A stretch of 64,000 nt of DNA from assembly GCA_000146465.1 (NCBI GenBank), contig CP001947.1. One strand, given 5' to 3'. A program made the position numbers and the translations under genes. The notes under the pieces were generated by a model. The model saw only the letters and a list, made by a program, of their open reading frames with translations. It was not told where the DNA came from and did not search any database. This document shows positions 19,868 to 30,103 of the stretch, in pieces (position 1 is the stretch's first letter; each line of letters begins with the position of its first letter).

Positions 19868-22669
19868 ATGCCCTTAAAAATGGAAACGAAGCATGCAAGC
19901 CTCATTGAGGCAAGAAGATACGAAGAACGCAAACTTCCCTCCGTAAAGGATATTTACACCGGGTCCGACCAGACATATGCAGTGCAGAAGATGATGGTGA
20001 AGAGAAGGGAAATAGGAATTCCAAATATCGAATACAGGAGATGCGGGATATTGTCTGTTATGGGAGCGTTGTGGTTCTCCAATGGCAAGAATTTGGTGAT
20101 CTGGAGATATGAAAGCAATGAGGAGGAAGAGATAGGGATGTTTTCGTCGGAGGTTTTGGAGGTGATCATTTTTGTTCCTAGGAGGGGGATCTTCAACGAG
20201 AGAATATCGCACTGCCTATTTGTTGCCACCGAGAAGCAAGTGATGATCTATGGGGTCGAGAAGGATACATTTTGTCTTGTCAACACCGACTTTGTAGCAT
20301 CCTCTCCAAGTTGTGTGAGATGTGCGTCGGTGGAGAATGGAGATGTGTTTATAGGATGTGAGAATGGAAGGGTATACCAGGTTGTTTACAAGAGTGTTGA
20401 CTCCTGGTCATTCAAGATAATGCATGTTTACGACCCAAGCTCGTCGATTCTTTCAAGCCTTGTTCCGTCTGTTCTGAAGCGGAAGAAGTCGGCAGTTAAG
20501 GCTTTAAGCATAGGAAAGAGCTTCATGGTTTGTCTCGGCAGAAATGCCTCGATCTACAACATTGAGGGGGGGATGTACAAAGTAAGAGATGTTGTGTTGT
20601 GCAGAGAATATATCGATGTGCAGATTGTCGATGAGAAAGAGGACTCTGTGTTTTTCTACTTGGTCCAGAGGGATGGATCAAGAGACTTCTACGAAAACGG
20701 GAGACTTGCAATGACTCGGAAGTCTCCGAACATTGGAGATATGACGGAGATCAAGGAAATGAAGGTTTGCACATCGAAAGACAGGCTTTGCATGGTACGG
20801 AACGGACACTACGACGGAAGCATTGTAACGATAATTTCTTTGAACGAAGACCAGATCTGCAATTTTGACAAGTTAAAGAGCTCTGAGAGTTATGAGGTGG
20901 TTGTTATGAAAAACGAAATAGAGTTGATTGGGATTGACGGTAGAACAATTTTCCTTCTGGGAAACAAAAGAATCTTTGTGTATGAAATCCAAACTATTGA
21001 AAAGTTTCTTTTGAGCTGCAGATCGGAAGAGATTTTTAGCATGTACAAGAGCTATGGGGAGAAGGAGATGCTAGTGCTATACTATGAGCTCCTAGCAGCC
21101 AACGAAGATGTGGGAAGACTGGAGTATCTTTGTTTGAAGAACGAGGATGCACAGCTCTCTGCGTTATTTCTGTATCTTTACAGGCTGATAAAGCCTATTC
21201 TGGGAATTCCATTTGAAGACATTCTGAACGGAGAGAAGAACATATATCTCGAGAGGATCCAGAGCAAGATCAAAAACATTCGGGGGAAAGTTCGATCCAA
21301 ACACTTGAGGATGGGATATGATTTTATAGATGAATTTCTGCAGACGTGCTTCTACATGAATGTATTGTACGAGTACTCGGTTAATTTAGAGGGGAAATCA
21401 TTAGAGTATGTTCTTCTTGAAGACAGTGAAGAATTTAAGAAAAGAACACTTAAGTCTATTCTCGAGATGTTCAAGGTCAACCAAAGTGTCGAGCCCCTAA
21501 TAAAGACCCTCAGTGCTCGATGTCCGTTGTTTCTTCCTATGGAAGAGGTTTACTACCAGAGGGGCCTTGAGATGTTGAACAAGAAGCCATCAAAAGAGGT
21601 ATTGTTTGAGTCCCTTAACAACCTTAAGAATGTCCAATACAACGAAAGTCTTATTAGGAAATACAATGAGTTTGGCTTCTACTACGGAAGCACAGCACTT
21701 ATCAGGGAGAACTTTAACTTTGACTTTGAGTATGGGGTTGAGATCTTGAAGAAGAGTGTTAGATGTGTTGGGGCGTTAAACCTTGCATTGGAGGATCCAA
21801 GAGAAGACTTTCTGTATGCATTGTTTGAAGCATTAATCGACATTCTGAAGGAGAATGGGTTTGGAAAGGAGTGCAGCTGCTGTGACAAATGTGGTACCAT
21901 GTCTTTGAATGATTTGATCAAGATATCTGTTCCTTTTCTTGAGAAGTTCCTAAAGGAAAAGGCCATGTCATCGAGCGACCCAAGGATATTTGAGCTCCAT
22001 TGGAAGTACTGTGTCTACAGAAACGACAAGGTGAAGGGGACACAGTCTTTATTGGAGTTGGCAGACAACAAGGCAGTAACGCTGGAGACAAAGATCGATC
22101 TTCTGAAGACAGCCTTGAGTGTATCTGTTAATACGGATCTGTTCAACGAAGTCAAGCTTCGGTTGGAGCTTGCAGACATACAGGTCGAGGTTTTGAAGAG
22201 GGGCAGGGTCGATCCAATGATAAGCAATAATCTCTTGTCTGCGGACGAGTTGTTCAATGACTATGCATATAAATACCCCGAACTTGCTCTTAAGATTATT
22301 GGAATATCGAGCTATACAGATAAGGCTGTCATCAAAGAGTTATGGGAGGAAGGGATGAACGGAGACTTCGACTCGGCAATGAGGTTCCTAGGAACAGTCA
22401 AAACCTCTGGGCCGGCAAAGGACTGTAACATAGTTGGAGACATTCTATGCTCTAAGATGAGTAAGGGAAAAAAACTAGGAAAGGCGTTGGCAAGTGCTGG
22501 GTTCAGCTACCTTGAGATTGTGAGCTTTCTGGAAGAAAAGATCAAGGGAGAAGAATACAACCATCCTGAGATGAAGAAGATGCTCTTAAACGACCTCAAG
22601 GAGTTTTCCAACAACAACGAGTTCTATCTCAGGATTGAAGAATATTGCAGGAAGAAATATGGAATTTAG
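19868..22669 (+). CDS. large scaffold nucleoporin candidate (Nup155/Nup170-like), 933 aa
   Basis: An N-terminal beta-propeller-like region is followed by a long alpha-solenoid. Size and architecture are consistent with a reduced Nup155/170, but no unique motif was recognised. Confidence 0.3.
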   Translation: MPLKMETKHASLIEARRYEERKLPSVKDIYTGSDQTYAVQKMMVKRREIGIPNIEYRRCGILSVMGALWFSNGKNLVIWRYESNEEEEIGMFSSEVLEVIIFVPRRGIFNERISHCLFVATEKQVMIYGVEKDTFCLVNTDFVASSPSCVRCASVENGDVFIGCENGRVYQVVYKSVDSWSFKIMHVYDPSSSILSSLVPSVLKRKKSAVKALSIGKSFMVCLGRNASIYNIEGGMYKVRDVVLCREYIDVQIVDEKEDSVFFYLVQRDGSRDFYENGRLAMTRKSPNIGDMTEIKEMKVCTSKDRLCMVRNGHYDGSIVTIISLNEDQICNFDKLKSSESYEVVVMKNEIELIGIDGRTIFLLGNKRIFVYEIQTIEKFLLSCRSEEIFSMYKSYGEKEMLVLYYELLAANEDVGRLEYLCLKNEDAQLSALFLYLYRLIKPILGIPFEDILNGEKNIYLERIQSKIKNIRGKVRSKHLRMGYDFIDEFLQTCFYMNVLYEYSVNLEGKSLEYVLLEDSEEFKKRTLKSILEMFKVNQSVEPLIKTLSARCPLFLPMEEVYYQRGLEMLNKKPSKEVLFESLNNLKNVQYNESLIRKYNEFGFYYGSTALIRENFNFDFEYGVEILKKSVRCVGALNLALEDPREDFLYALFEALIDILKENGFGKECSCCDKCGTMSLNDLIKISVPFLEKFLKEKAMSSSDPRIFELHWKYCVYRNDKVKGTQSLLELADNKAVTLETKIDLLKTALSVSVNTDLFNEVKLRLELADIQVEVLKRGRVDPMISNNLLSADELFNDYAYKYPELALKIIGISSYTDKAVIKELWEEGMNGDFDSAMRFLGTVKTSGPAKDCNIVGDILCSKMSKGKKLGKALASAGFSYLEIVSFLEEKIKGEEYNHPEMKKMLLNDLKEFSNNNEFYLRIEEYCRKKYGI

Positions 22670-22764
22670 AAATAAACCTTGAGATTTTTATTCTAACGTC
22701 TAGCCCGTAACCGTGAACCAGATAAACCGAAGATTGGATTTAATCTTGAAAATTTTACCATGGG

Positions 22765-23619
22765 ATGCGGTGGATCTCAAACATCCTTCGAGAAGCCAGG
22801 AAATCCTGCTTTGGGAGAGAAATAACATCGACGTTTGACACGTATAATGCAGAGGCAAATGAAATAGTCACACCGCAAACATGCAGTGGTGTGAAAACCG
22901 AGGTATCAAAGACACTTGCGCCGTTTCTCCAGGTGTCGAGGGTAGATATTCTCGATAGAAATGCACACACTAGCCAGATGTTTGGGACTCTGAGCCTGAA
23001 GAACACCCTGGTACAGGTTAGCATGGACCATGAAAACAGCGTTGGGTTCAGGGCTATGAACATGTCTGGAAACCTTATCACTAAAATACACACAATAATT
23101 ACAGGAAGGAAAGAAGTGTTTAGCCAGGTTGAGCTTGAAATGAAGAATCGAATCAATAACTTTGGGCTAAAGCTGATAAGCCCGGCGGTAAAGAGTACTG
23201 GGATGGTGTATGTTGCGAATACTCTTCATCAATTTGGGTCTTTGAGCCTTGGAGGAGAAGTTATAGGTGCAGACTCGGAGCTTGGAGTCTCTGTGTGTGG
23301 AAGATACGAGCACAGAAATGGGGTTTTTTCTGTAGGTTTACAACAGTTTACTGCTTTAAGTCTCAACTACTATCATAAACTAGGGAAGTATCTTGACGTG
23401 GGTACTGAGGTGCAGATTCCAAAGTCTTGCCCTCCCAGTGCTGCTGTGGGATGTAGACTAACAACTTCAAAAACTCAGATGAAAGCAAATGTGAACAGCG
23501 ACATGTCCCTTAGTTTTTGCCTTGGCGAAAAGTTAACAGAAGGACTAAGCTTCAATGTGAATGCCGAAGTCAACAAGTCTGGATGCACGCATGGATTTGG
23601 GTTTTCCTTGGAATTCTAA
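22765..23619 (+). CDS. TOM40: mitochondrial/mitosomal outer-membrane beta-barrel channel Tom40-like (porin-3 superfamily)
   Basis: The 284-aa protein shows alternating hydrophobic beta-strand periodicity throughout. The C-terminal beta-signal THGFGFSLEF follows the Po-x-G-x-x-Hy-x-Hy pattern. The size matches a reduced Tom40. Confidence 0.55.
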   Translation: MRWISNILREARKSCFGREITSTFDTYNAEANEIVTPQTCSGVKTEVSKTLAPFLQVSRVDILDRNAHTSQMFGTLSLKNTLVQVSMDHENSVGFRAMNMSGNLITKIHTIITGRKEVFSQVELEMKNRINNFGLKLISPAVKSTGMVYVANTLHQFGSLSLGGEVIGADSELGVSVCGRYEHRNGVFSVGLQQFTALSLNYYHKLGKYLDVGTEVQIPKSCPPSAAVGCRLTTSKTQMKANVNSDMSLSFCLGEKLTEGLSFNVNAEVNKSGCTHGFGFSLEF

Positions 23620-23643
23620 CGCCGCTCCTGGAAGGAAAAGAAG

Positions 23644-24552
23644 TTAGTAGTTGCATGGAACCAGCTCATAAGCCCTAAAGAAGTCTTTTACTTCCTTAAG
23701 ATATTGCTCTAAAGTTATTATGAATGGGTTTGGGCCTGCATCAAATGTGTAAGCAACTCTTACTTTGTCTCTGTTGAACCTGTGGCACATTTCAATAACT
23801 TGGAAGCCATCGTCTTTTATATATCTGATTGGGGGATATGTCTCCATGAGCATACCATGGAACTCGTTGGATTCCCTCATAGTGAGGTAGGCAAACCCAT
23901 CAAAGTCCTTCTGGGAAATGCACTTGGCCATAGCTTCAACCTTCTCTTTCATCCTAGCAAGTCTTTCTTGATAAAACTCACTTGTTTCTCTTGTCCGGAT
24001 CATTCCTTCTGTACTCCCTATCTTCTTCGGATCTTTCGACAACACAATAGAAAGGATTTTTATTTCCCTCCAGCTAGGAAGTTTCTCCACAAACACCCCG
24101 TCAAACAAATGAATTCCCGGAGATATACTTCTTCCTGCGCTCCCTGATCCGATCCTTGCAATTCTACACAACTCCTCCTCCGATGTTTTAAGGCCGTAAA
24201 AATCATCCAAAGCCAGTGCTAATGCTGCAAATCCAGATGCAGATGATGCAAGTCCACAGGAATGAGGAAAGTTATTGAATGACCTGACACAGATAGATCT
24301 CCTATCTCCCGACCTTGTTCTGAATATCTCCACAACTTGGCTCATTTTCTTTCCAAAGGAGAGCATCTCGCCGTTCAAGTAGAACCTGTCTGAGTTGGAA
24401 TATTCAACAGTCGTTTCAGTCTGAAAGTTTGTCAAGGGAAAGGAGACAGATGAATTTGAAGGGGTGTTGTTTATTGTATCTACCTTCCCCCAGTACTTTA
24501 TAACTGCAATGTTAGGATGGGATCTTCCATAACCCAACGATGAGTCTTTCAT
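23644..24552 (-). CDS. MVD1: diphosphomevalonate decarboxylase
   Basis: A GHMP-kinase fold with NIAVIKYWGK and the ATP-binding loop GLASSASGFAALALAL. Confidence 0.9.
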   Translation of the reverse strand: MKDSSLGYGRSHPNIAVIKYWGKVDTINNTPSNSSVSFPLTNFQTETTVEYSNSDRFYLNGEMLSFGKKMSQVVEIFRTRSGDRRSICVRSFNNFPHSCGLASSASGFAALALALDDFYGLKTSEEELCRIARIGSGSAGRSISPGIHLFDGVFVEKLPSWREIKILSIVLSKDPKKIGSTEGMIRTRETSEFYQERLARMKEKVEAMAKCISQKDFDGFAYLTMRESNEFHGMLMETYPPIRYIKDDGFQVIEMCHRFNRDKVRVAYTFDAGPNPFIITLEQYLKEVKDFFRAYELVPCNY

Positions 24553-24616
24553 TCAAGGGTCATTTATTTTCGATTGATCCGTTTTGTTGAGGCAAGCCAG
24601 AACTCGGTACTCAGAT

Positions 24617-24955
24617 CTAGAATTCATATTTGTCTTCCATTCTGCAAGTTGCTGCATATGCCAAGATACACAACTTTCTGAGGTGTTCGTAATGTACATA
24701 TTCTTTGAATACATCCCTTTTCTCTGGAGCTCTTGTTTGGTTCCTTACTTTCTGCCTTTGGTTCTGGAACCATATTTGAACTGTCCTTGGGCTTGTACCC
24801 AGGGTCTTTGACAGCTCTTCCCGAGTAGATGTAGAAGGGAATGGGTTTTCCTTAAAGGAGTCCACCAGAATTTCTACTTGCCCTGGCGACATCCTTGTTC
24901 TAGAATTCTTACTATTTTTCTTGGTGTATATCCTCATATCACCAAATAAGCTCAT
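24617..24955 (-). CDS. typical (non-TALE) homeobox transcription factor, 112 aa
   Basis: The 60-aa homeodomain is SRTRMSPGQVEILVDSF...PRTVQIWFQNQRQKVRNQ, with the helix-3 signature WFQNQR. Confidence 0.85.
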   Translation of the reverse strand: MSLFGDMRIYTKKNSKNSRTRMSPGQVEILVDSFKENPFPSTSTREELSKTLGTSPRTVQIWFQNQRQKVRNQTRAPEKRDVFKEYVHYEHLRKLCILAYAATCRMEDKYEF

Positions 24956-25169
24956 TATTTTATTTTTCGGATGAAACAGGCAAGCATCCTATTAAAGAAG
25001 AGAAAGCTATGCTTTTTCAGCGAGGCGAGTATAATTAGAGAGGTTGGCCATTCATCGAAGACAAAGACATAAATCTTCTGTGGCTTTCTGGAAAGAAGAC
25101 ATCCACATATCTTGTACTTCTCGAAGAAAACGTTTCTCAGTGTTAATCCATCTGCAAAAATTTACCCCA

Positions 25170-26702
25170 ATGAATTCCACGCATTCAGAGGCTCAGGTCA
25201 CACAGTTTGGACAAGCAATTCGAATCAACAACAATACGGCTGCCACGCTTTCTGCATTGTTTTCGTCAAGTATTGGTCCATTTGGAAGTTACAAGGCACT
25301 AATCTCCCCTGGACAGACTCTTCGTATCACAAAAGATGGAAATACTCTGTGCAGGGAAATTCAATTCACGCATCCTACATCGATCATCATCACAAGAGCA
25401 GCAACATCTATGTACACCACATTTGGAGATGGGTCAACAACGCTGATTGTTCTATGCTGTGGAATATTCAATGATGCATTCCGACACTTCGAAAATGGGG
25501 TTCCGATCCCCAGAATATGTGCTTCGCTCCAGACATGTCTCAACGACATCATGGGATACCTAAAGACGTTGGAGAAGCCGTTTGAGGAAGACACACTCTG
25601 CAAGATGGCTTACAGCATCATTAGAACCAAGGTTGATGAGGACATGGCTAAAAAGCTGTCGAAGATACTGGTTCAAGCAGTTGAGAATGCCATCCAATCC
25701 AAGTTTTTCGACATAAATATGGTGGAAGTGATCAAGATGCAGGAGGGGGATGTGTCTGAAACCACATATGTAGATGGGCTTGTGCTTGACCATGGAGGAA
25801 GACACTATGCAATGCCTGATAAACTCGAGGATGTTTGCATCTTGATAACCAACATGTCTCTTGAGTATGAGAAGCCAGAGATAAATGCAGAATTCTGCTA
25901 TAGCTCTGCAGAGCAGAGGGATGAGCTTGCAGGGCGGGAGCGAGAGTTCATTTTACAAAGATGCAGGGCGATTGCCGAGTTTGGAAAGAAAATCAAAGAA
26001 AGCCATGGAAAAAGACTGATGGTGGTGTCGGAAAAGGGAATTGATCCCTACTCTTTGGAGGTGTTTGCATCCTCGGGGATCCTTGCTCTAAGAAGGGCAA
26101 AAAGAAGAAATCTAGAAAGGCTTGTGAGAATGTGTGGAGGAAGTCTTATTACACAGGTTAGCCAGCTCAGCGAAAAGGTGCTGGGATACTGCCAGAAGGT
26201 AAGTGTCAGGAAGATGGGGGACGAGATGTTTACCTTTATTGAAGGAACACCATTCAAAGGGTCTTGTACAATTCTGATAAGAGGAAACAGCCAGCATGAA
26301 ATGTCCAGGATGGAGTCTGGAATCAGAGGAGCCCTGAAAAGCCTGTATATATCTTTGAAGGGTAAGACGTATATTGAGGGAGGCTATTCTCTTTACAGAT
26401 CCTTGATTTCCTATATAAGAAAACAAATGGACAGTGTTTCCGAAAAGGATGTGATCGGATATAAGGTCATGGAAAACTCTTTTCTTAATGTGACCAAGGC
26501 CTTGTTAAGAAACTCTGGAAAGGACATACAGGAAGAGCTTACAAGGATCCTTAGAGGAGGGGAATGTGGGAATGTTGTTGACAATGCCTCGGTGGTCTCG
26601 GCAGTGATTTCCAATTCTACAGTTGTTGCCACAAACCTGCTGCTGGTTGATGAGATAATCAAGGCAGGAAAGCCAATAAAGGAAAACAAACCTGAAAATT
26701 AA
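25170..26702 (+). CDS. CCT6: T-complex protein 1 (CCT/TRiC) chaperonin subunit, zeta-like
   Basis: A group II chaperonin with the ATP-binding motif GDGSTT. The N-terminus aligns with CCT-zeta (ITKDGNTLCREIQFTHPTS). The start was moved from an upstream TTG to the in-frame ATG. Confidence 0.75.
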   Translation: MNSTHSEAQVTQFGQAIRINNNTAATLSALFSSSIGPFGSYKALISPGQTLRITKDGNTLCREIQFTHPTSIIITRAATSMYTTFGDGSTTLIVLCCGIFNDAFRHFENGVPIPRICASLQTCLNDIMGYLKTLEKPFEEDTLCKMAYSIIRTKVDEDMAKKLSKILVQAVENAIQSKFFDINMVEVIKMQEGDVSETTYVDGLVLDHGGRHYAMPDKLEDVCILITNMSLEYEKPEINAEFCYSSAEQRDELAGREREFILQRCRAIAEFGKKIKESHGKRLMVVSEKGIDPYSLEVFASSGILALRRAKRRNLERLVRMCGGSLITQVSQLSEKVLGYCQKVSVRKMGDEMFTFIEGTPFKGSCTILIRGNSQHEMSRMESGIRGALKSLYISLKGKTYIEGGYSLYRSLISYIRKQMDSVSEKDVIGYKVMENSFLNVTKALLRNSGKDIQEELTRILRGGECGNVVDNASVVSAVISNSTVVATNLLLVDEIIKAGKPIKENKPEN

Positions 26703-26772
26703 AGTCATTTCAATCGACTTGTGGATGGTGTGTTTGGAAAGTGTCCAAGGGCATTGTCTTGTCCTAAATATT

Positions 26773-28737
26773 TTATTTGAACAAACTTCTACTATTTGCA
26801 AATCTCGAAAATGCATTTGGAACCGACTGATCAGATTCTTCTTCCTTTTTCTGCAGTGTTGGGGGAATAGGAGGAGGATTGCTGGTTATGGATTGGAAGA
26901 TATTGGACGGAGAGAAGTTTCCGAATAGACCTCCGAACTGTGGAGAGCCTGTTTGGGAAATAGGCTGTCCAAAGATGCTGGAGTTTTGTATTGTCTGTGT
27001 GGAGGGGGGAAGATGGGTTTCTTTTGGTACCACCTCATTTGTAGCAAGGTCCTTAGGAGGTCTATCTTCTACCTTTTTGGGGAATGTGTCCCTTTGCTGC
27101 TGAGCCGGCTTTTCCTTCTTTTCTTCAATGTTATCCACAGGTCCTTGGTTAAGGCTAAAGTGATCCACAAAACTCCCTCCTAAGTCGTCATTCTCCAACT
27201 TCTTCTCTATGTAGTCAACATTTTCCAATGTCTTCTGAACTCTTGGAGATGTCATATCCAGTCTGTGCCCAACCCCTTCTACCTTCTCGATGCCGTAGAA
27301 CAAAGGCTTGGTGTAATGCACAACCCTCTTTCTTCGCCCCTTCGAAATTCCCTCTATGGAGCTATCAATAAATCTTATTGCATTTTTCACACTTTCCTCA
27401 TCAATCCCTTTGTATACTTCAAGGCTACTAAGCATCAAGGAAAGCTGTTCAGCCATTTCGTTTTCTATCGATTTGTACCTTTCAAGCCTCATGATATTTC
27501 CATATACTTGCTCGACAGACAATGACAGATCGTTTGCATTGTATTTGTACATCCGGAAGGTCTTCTTTTCAACCCGTATGCTTTGGAAGTCTCTGGAGAT
27601 CTCATCTATCTGAGAAGCAATGCTTTCAAGTAGTGCATCCACCCGGGAATCCCCCGTTGATTTTATGCAGGAGGTGGAGGCATCTTCTTGAGGCTTATTT
27701 TCTTCCTTTTCTATCGAAGTATTGTTTTCCTTGGCAGAGTCCAATAGACTATTTAGAGATGAAAACGTTGTCTTCTCCTTTTCTTCCTTCTTATCGAGTA
27801 GGACTGTGTCCTCTTCACCTATAATCTTCAGTCCTCCTTCTTTTGAAATAGTATATCTTTTTTCCGTGAAGTTGATGTCTCCTCCAACTTCTTTTTCGCT
27901 TTCTATTCCACACGTCTCGAACCTGCTCAAAACCCCATCCTCATCAATGAGATACACATACTCTCCAGAGTAGTCCATTCCCGTCAAATATCTGACATTG
28001 AACTCCTCGTCTGTCCTCAGTCCCAAAAGTTTGATTTCCTCTTCTAATTCCAATTCCTGAAGATCACTCCCAAGAAGTAAGAACTTCGAAGAGTTGCTGG
28101 ATCCCAATAGATTTACCCCATGAAGGTCACAGTGATAGTAGCACGGCTCTGAATTTCTATCGTAGTCTACATCTCCTCTATGAAGTATATTCTCAGTCTC
28201 ACTATTTCCAAGAATTAGACTCTTCTCTGTTACAACTATGATTCCATCTCCGCTGCAGCTTCTTAAAAGCTTCTTCACACCTTTGTAATCCTTGAACTTC
28301 TCGTCAACTCCAACTATAAAGTCCGGAAGGAGAAAGTCTTTCACATCCTCCCATCTCTTCACATACCTCCCATCTTTGAAAACATCCACACATCCATCTT
28401 CTGATAAAATCCCCAAGTACTCTCCCCATACTTCTCCCCTTTTTATCTTAGCTTCCATGCTTATCCTTTCAATGGCGGAATTGGAGAAGTTCAGAATGAT
28501 AATTTCGTTTTGCTTTGTCACAACAATCTTCTCCCCATCCTTGCTCAAGTAGATGACATCGTCCTCAAATCTTTTTTCGTTGAGAAACAATGTGCTACCA
28601 GACACAACTACTCTATAGCCTTTAACTACAAGAACTCTTGAATACTCCTTCGGCCCAGACTTCCCCCATCCTTTATCTCTTTCCTTCAATACAAAACTGA
28701 GTTTCCTCTCCATCTCTCTGGTTTCAATCCTTTTCAT
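26773..28737 (-). CDS. FG-repeat nucleoporin candidate (Nup159/Nup82 class)
   Basis: The 654-aa protein has an N-terminal beta-propeller-like region, a central coiled coil, and a C-terminal FG-type region (SSIFGQPISQTGSPQFGGLFGNFSPSNIFQ). Confidence 0.45.
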   Translation of the reverse strand: MKRIETREMERKLSFVLKERDKGWGKSGPKEYSRVLVVKGYRVVVSGSTLFLNEKRFEDDVIYLSKDGEKIVVTKQNEIIILNFSNSAIERISMEAKIKRGEVWGEYLGILSEDGCVDVFKDGRYVKRWEDVKDFLLPDFIVGVDEKFKDYKGVKKLLRSCSGDGIIVVTEKSLILGNSETENILHRGDVDYDRNSEPCYYHCDLHGVNLLGSSNSSKFLLLGSDLQELELEEEIKLLGLRTDEEFNVRYLTGMDYSGEYVYLIDEDGVLSRFETCGIESEKEVGGDINFTEKRYTISKEGGLKIIGEEDTVLLDKKEEKEKTTFSSLNSLLDSAKENNTSIEKEENKPQEDASTSCIKSTGDSRVDALLESIASQIDEISRDFQSIRVEKKTFRMYKYNANDLSLSVEQVYGNIMRLERYKSIENEMAEQLSLMLSSLEVYKGIDEESVKNAIRFIDSSIEGISKGRRKRVVHYTKPLFYGIEKVEGVGHRLDMTSPRVQKTLENVDYIEKKLENDDLGGSFVDHFSLNQGPVDNIEEKKEKPAQQQRDTFPKKVEDRPPKDLATNEVVPKETHLPPSTQTIQNSSIFGQPISQTGSPQFGGLFGNFSPSNIFQSITSNPPPIPPTLQKKEEESDQSVPNAFSRFANSRSLFK

Positions 28738-28843
28738 TTCAACACAATTCAGGCATTTCCACAGAAATATATTTTATCAGCGAAAACAGTATGGTAGGAA
28801 TTATTTATTCTTAGTTACATTGTCTACTTGATGAAGGCCTGCA

Positions 28844-29659
28844 CTAGTCACACCCAACCTTGTAGTCCAGGGCTGCAAGTGCTATTGCAAACGCCTGCAG
28901 TCCAGACCAGGGATATGTGTAGTCAAGTATGTACTTGAATCGTGAGATTTTTCCAAATGTCAGGGTTACATATGTGGGCTCGAGAGGATGTATAAGCTGG
29001 AAATTCTTCACAGAGGGTGTGGTGACCCGTCCATTGAAGTTTAGAGAGTAGCTGTTGGTTTCTGCATTGTAGTAGGGTTCCTTGTTCTTCATCACAACAG
29101 GCTCCTCTAGGGACGATCCCGACACCCCCATAAACATTACAGAAAATGATCTCGGGCCCCGTCTTTTGAATATAGATGTTGCATATTTGATCTCCAGGAC
29201 CGCTTTCTCTCCTTGGTGGAGAATATACTTTGTTCCAAACAGGTTAGACCTCAAGTATCCCACCTTCTCTTCATTCCCCAGGCCGAGAAGGTATATCTCA
29301 AATCCACACATGACTCTATAGGCCTTAAATAGCTTGTTAGGCCCATACTCGTGGCTTTCATAGAGATATTCATTGAAAAACCCATGGCAGACATCCACTC
29401 TTCCCCTAGATGTTCTACCAACAGGATATGGCTCGAGGACACTGGCAATCCTTTCCTCCAGAGCATGTCCATCATCCGCTACAATGTTTAGTTCCTCTGC
29501 TCCGCTGTCAGACATGTTATCCAAGTACTCGATAACTCTGTTTTCGCTTGGGGAGTACGAAAATTCATAGACCACCGGAGACAAGGAACACTGCTCTCCA
29601 TCTCCAGTGTCATGTGCATGGTCGATAGATACAGTCACATGTCTGCTTTCCCTCTCCAT
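28844..29659 (-). CDS. Tubby-like protein (Tub C-terminal domain)
   Basis: The C-terminal Tubby signature is NYSLNFNGRVTTPSVKNFQLIH...YPWSGLQAFAIALAALDYKVGCD. The central beta-barrel motif is GYLRSNLFGTKY. Confidence 0.75.
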   Translation of the reverse strand: MERESRHVTVSIDHAHDTGDGEQCSLSPVVYEFSYSPSENRVIEYLDNMSDSGAEELNIVADDGHALEERIASVLEPYPVGRTSRGRVDVCHGFFNEYLYESHEYGPNKLFKAYRVMCGFEIYLLGLGNEEKVGYLRSNLFGTKYILHQGEKAVLEIKYATSIFKRRGPRSFSVMFMGVSGSSLEEPVVMKNKEPYYNAETNSYSLNFNGRVTTPSVKNFQLIHPLEPTYVTLTFGKISRFKYILDYTYPWSGLQAFAIALAALDYKVGCD

Positions 29660-30103
29660 TCAGAGATTTGCTGCCATCTTTGCTTATATCTCTGGCTTCT
29701 CCTGTAGTTTCAAGTCTATAAACCAATTACCTCCTGGGGAAACAAACCATTACAGAGGCAAGCTTTCCCACGCTGTCCCAAGCCAGAACTGAAACAAACA
29801 ATGTTCTATGCTTCCATTCATTACACAATCGAGAAATGCTTCAGAGTACACTTTCCGTTGTTATTACAGAGACCAGGGATAGAAAAGCATGCATGGCCTG
29901 CTCGCCTGCATTCTTGTGACAAATATCGAGGTGTTGTATGTATAAACCCCGACCACAACTTGACAGAAATAAGCTTAATTTCCGAAAGCAACTTTGGGAT
30001 CTCATTGGGTACTTGGAAGACAAATTAGTAAAAATGGAGGGAGAGATGTTCGATTAGTGCATTCCATATATCTTAAGACACTCTCGATGTGTGTTCCCAC
30101 GGC

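Noticed and set aside
21270-21310. GTTCGATCC T-loop-like string inside the 19868 gene
   Set aside because: No complementary acceptor or T-stem sequences flank it, and it is in-frame coding sequence of a long ORF.
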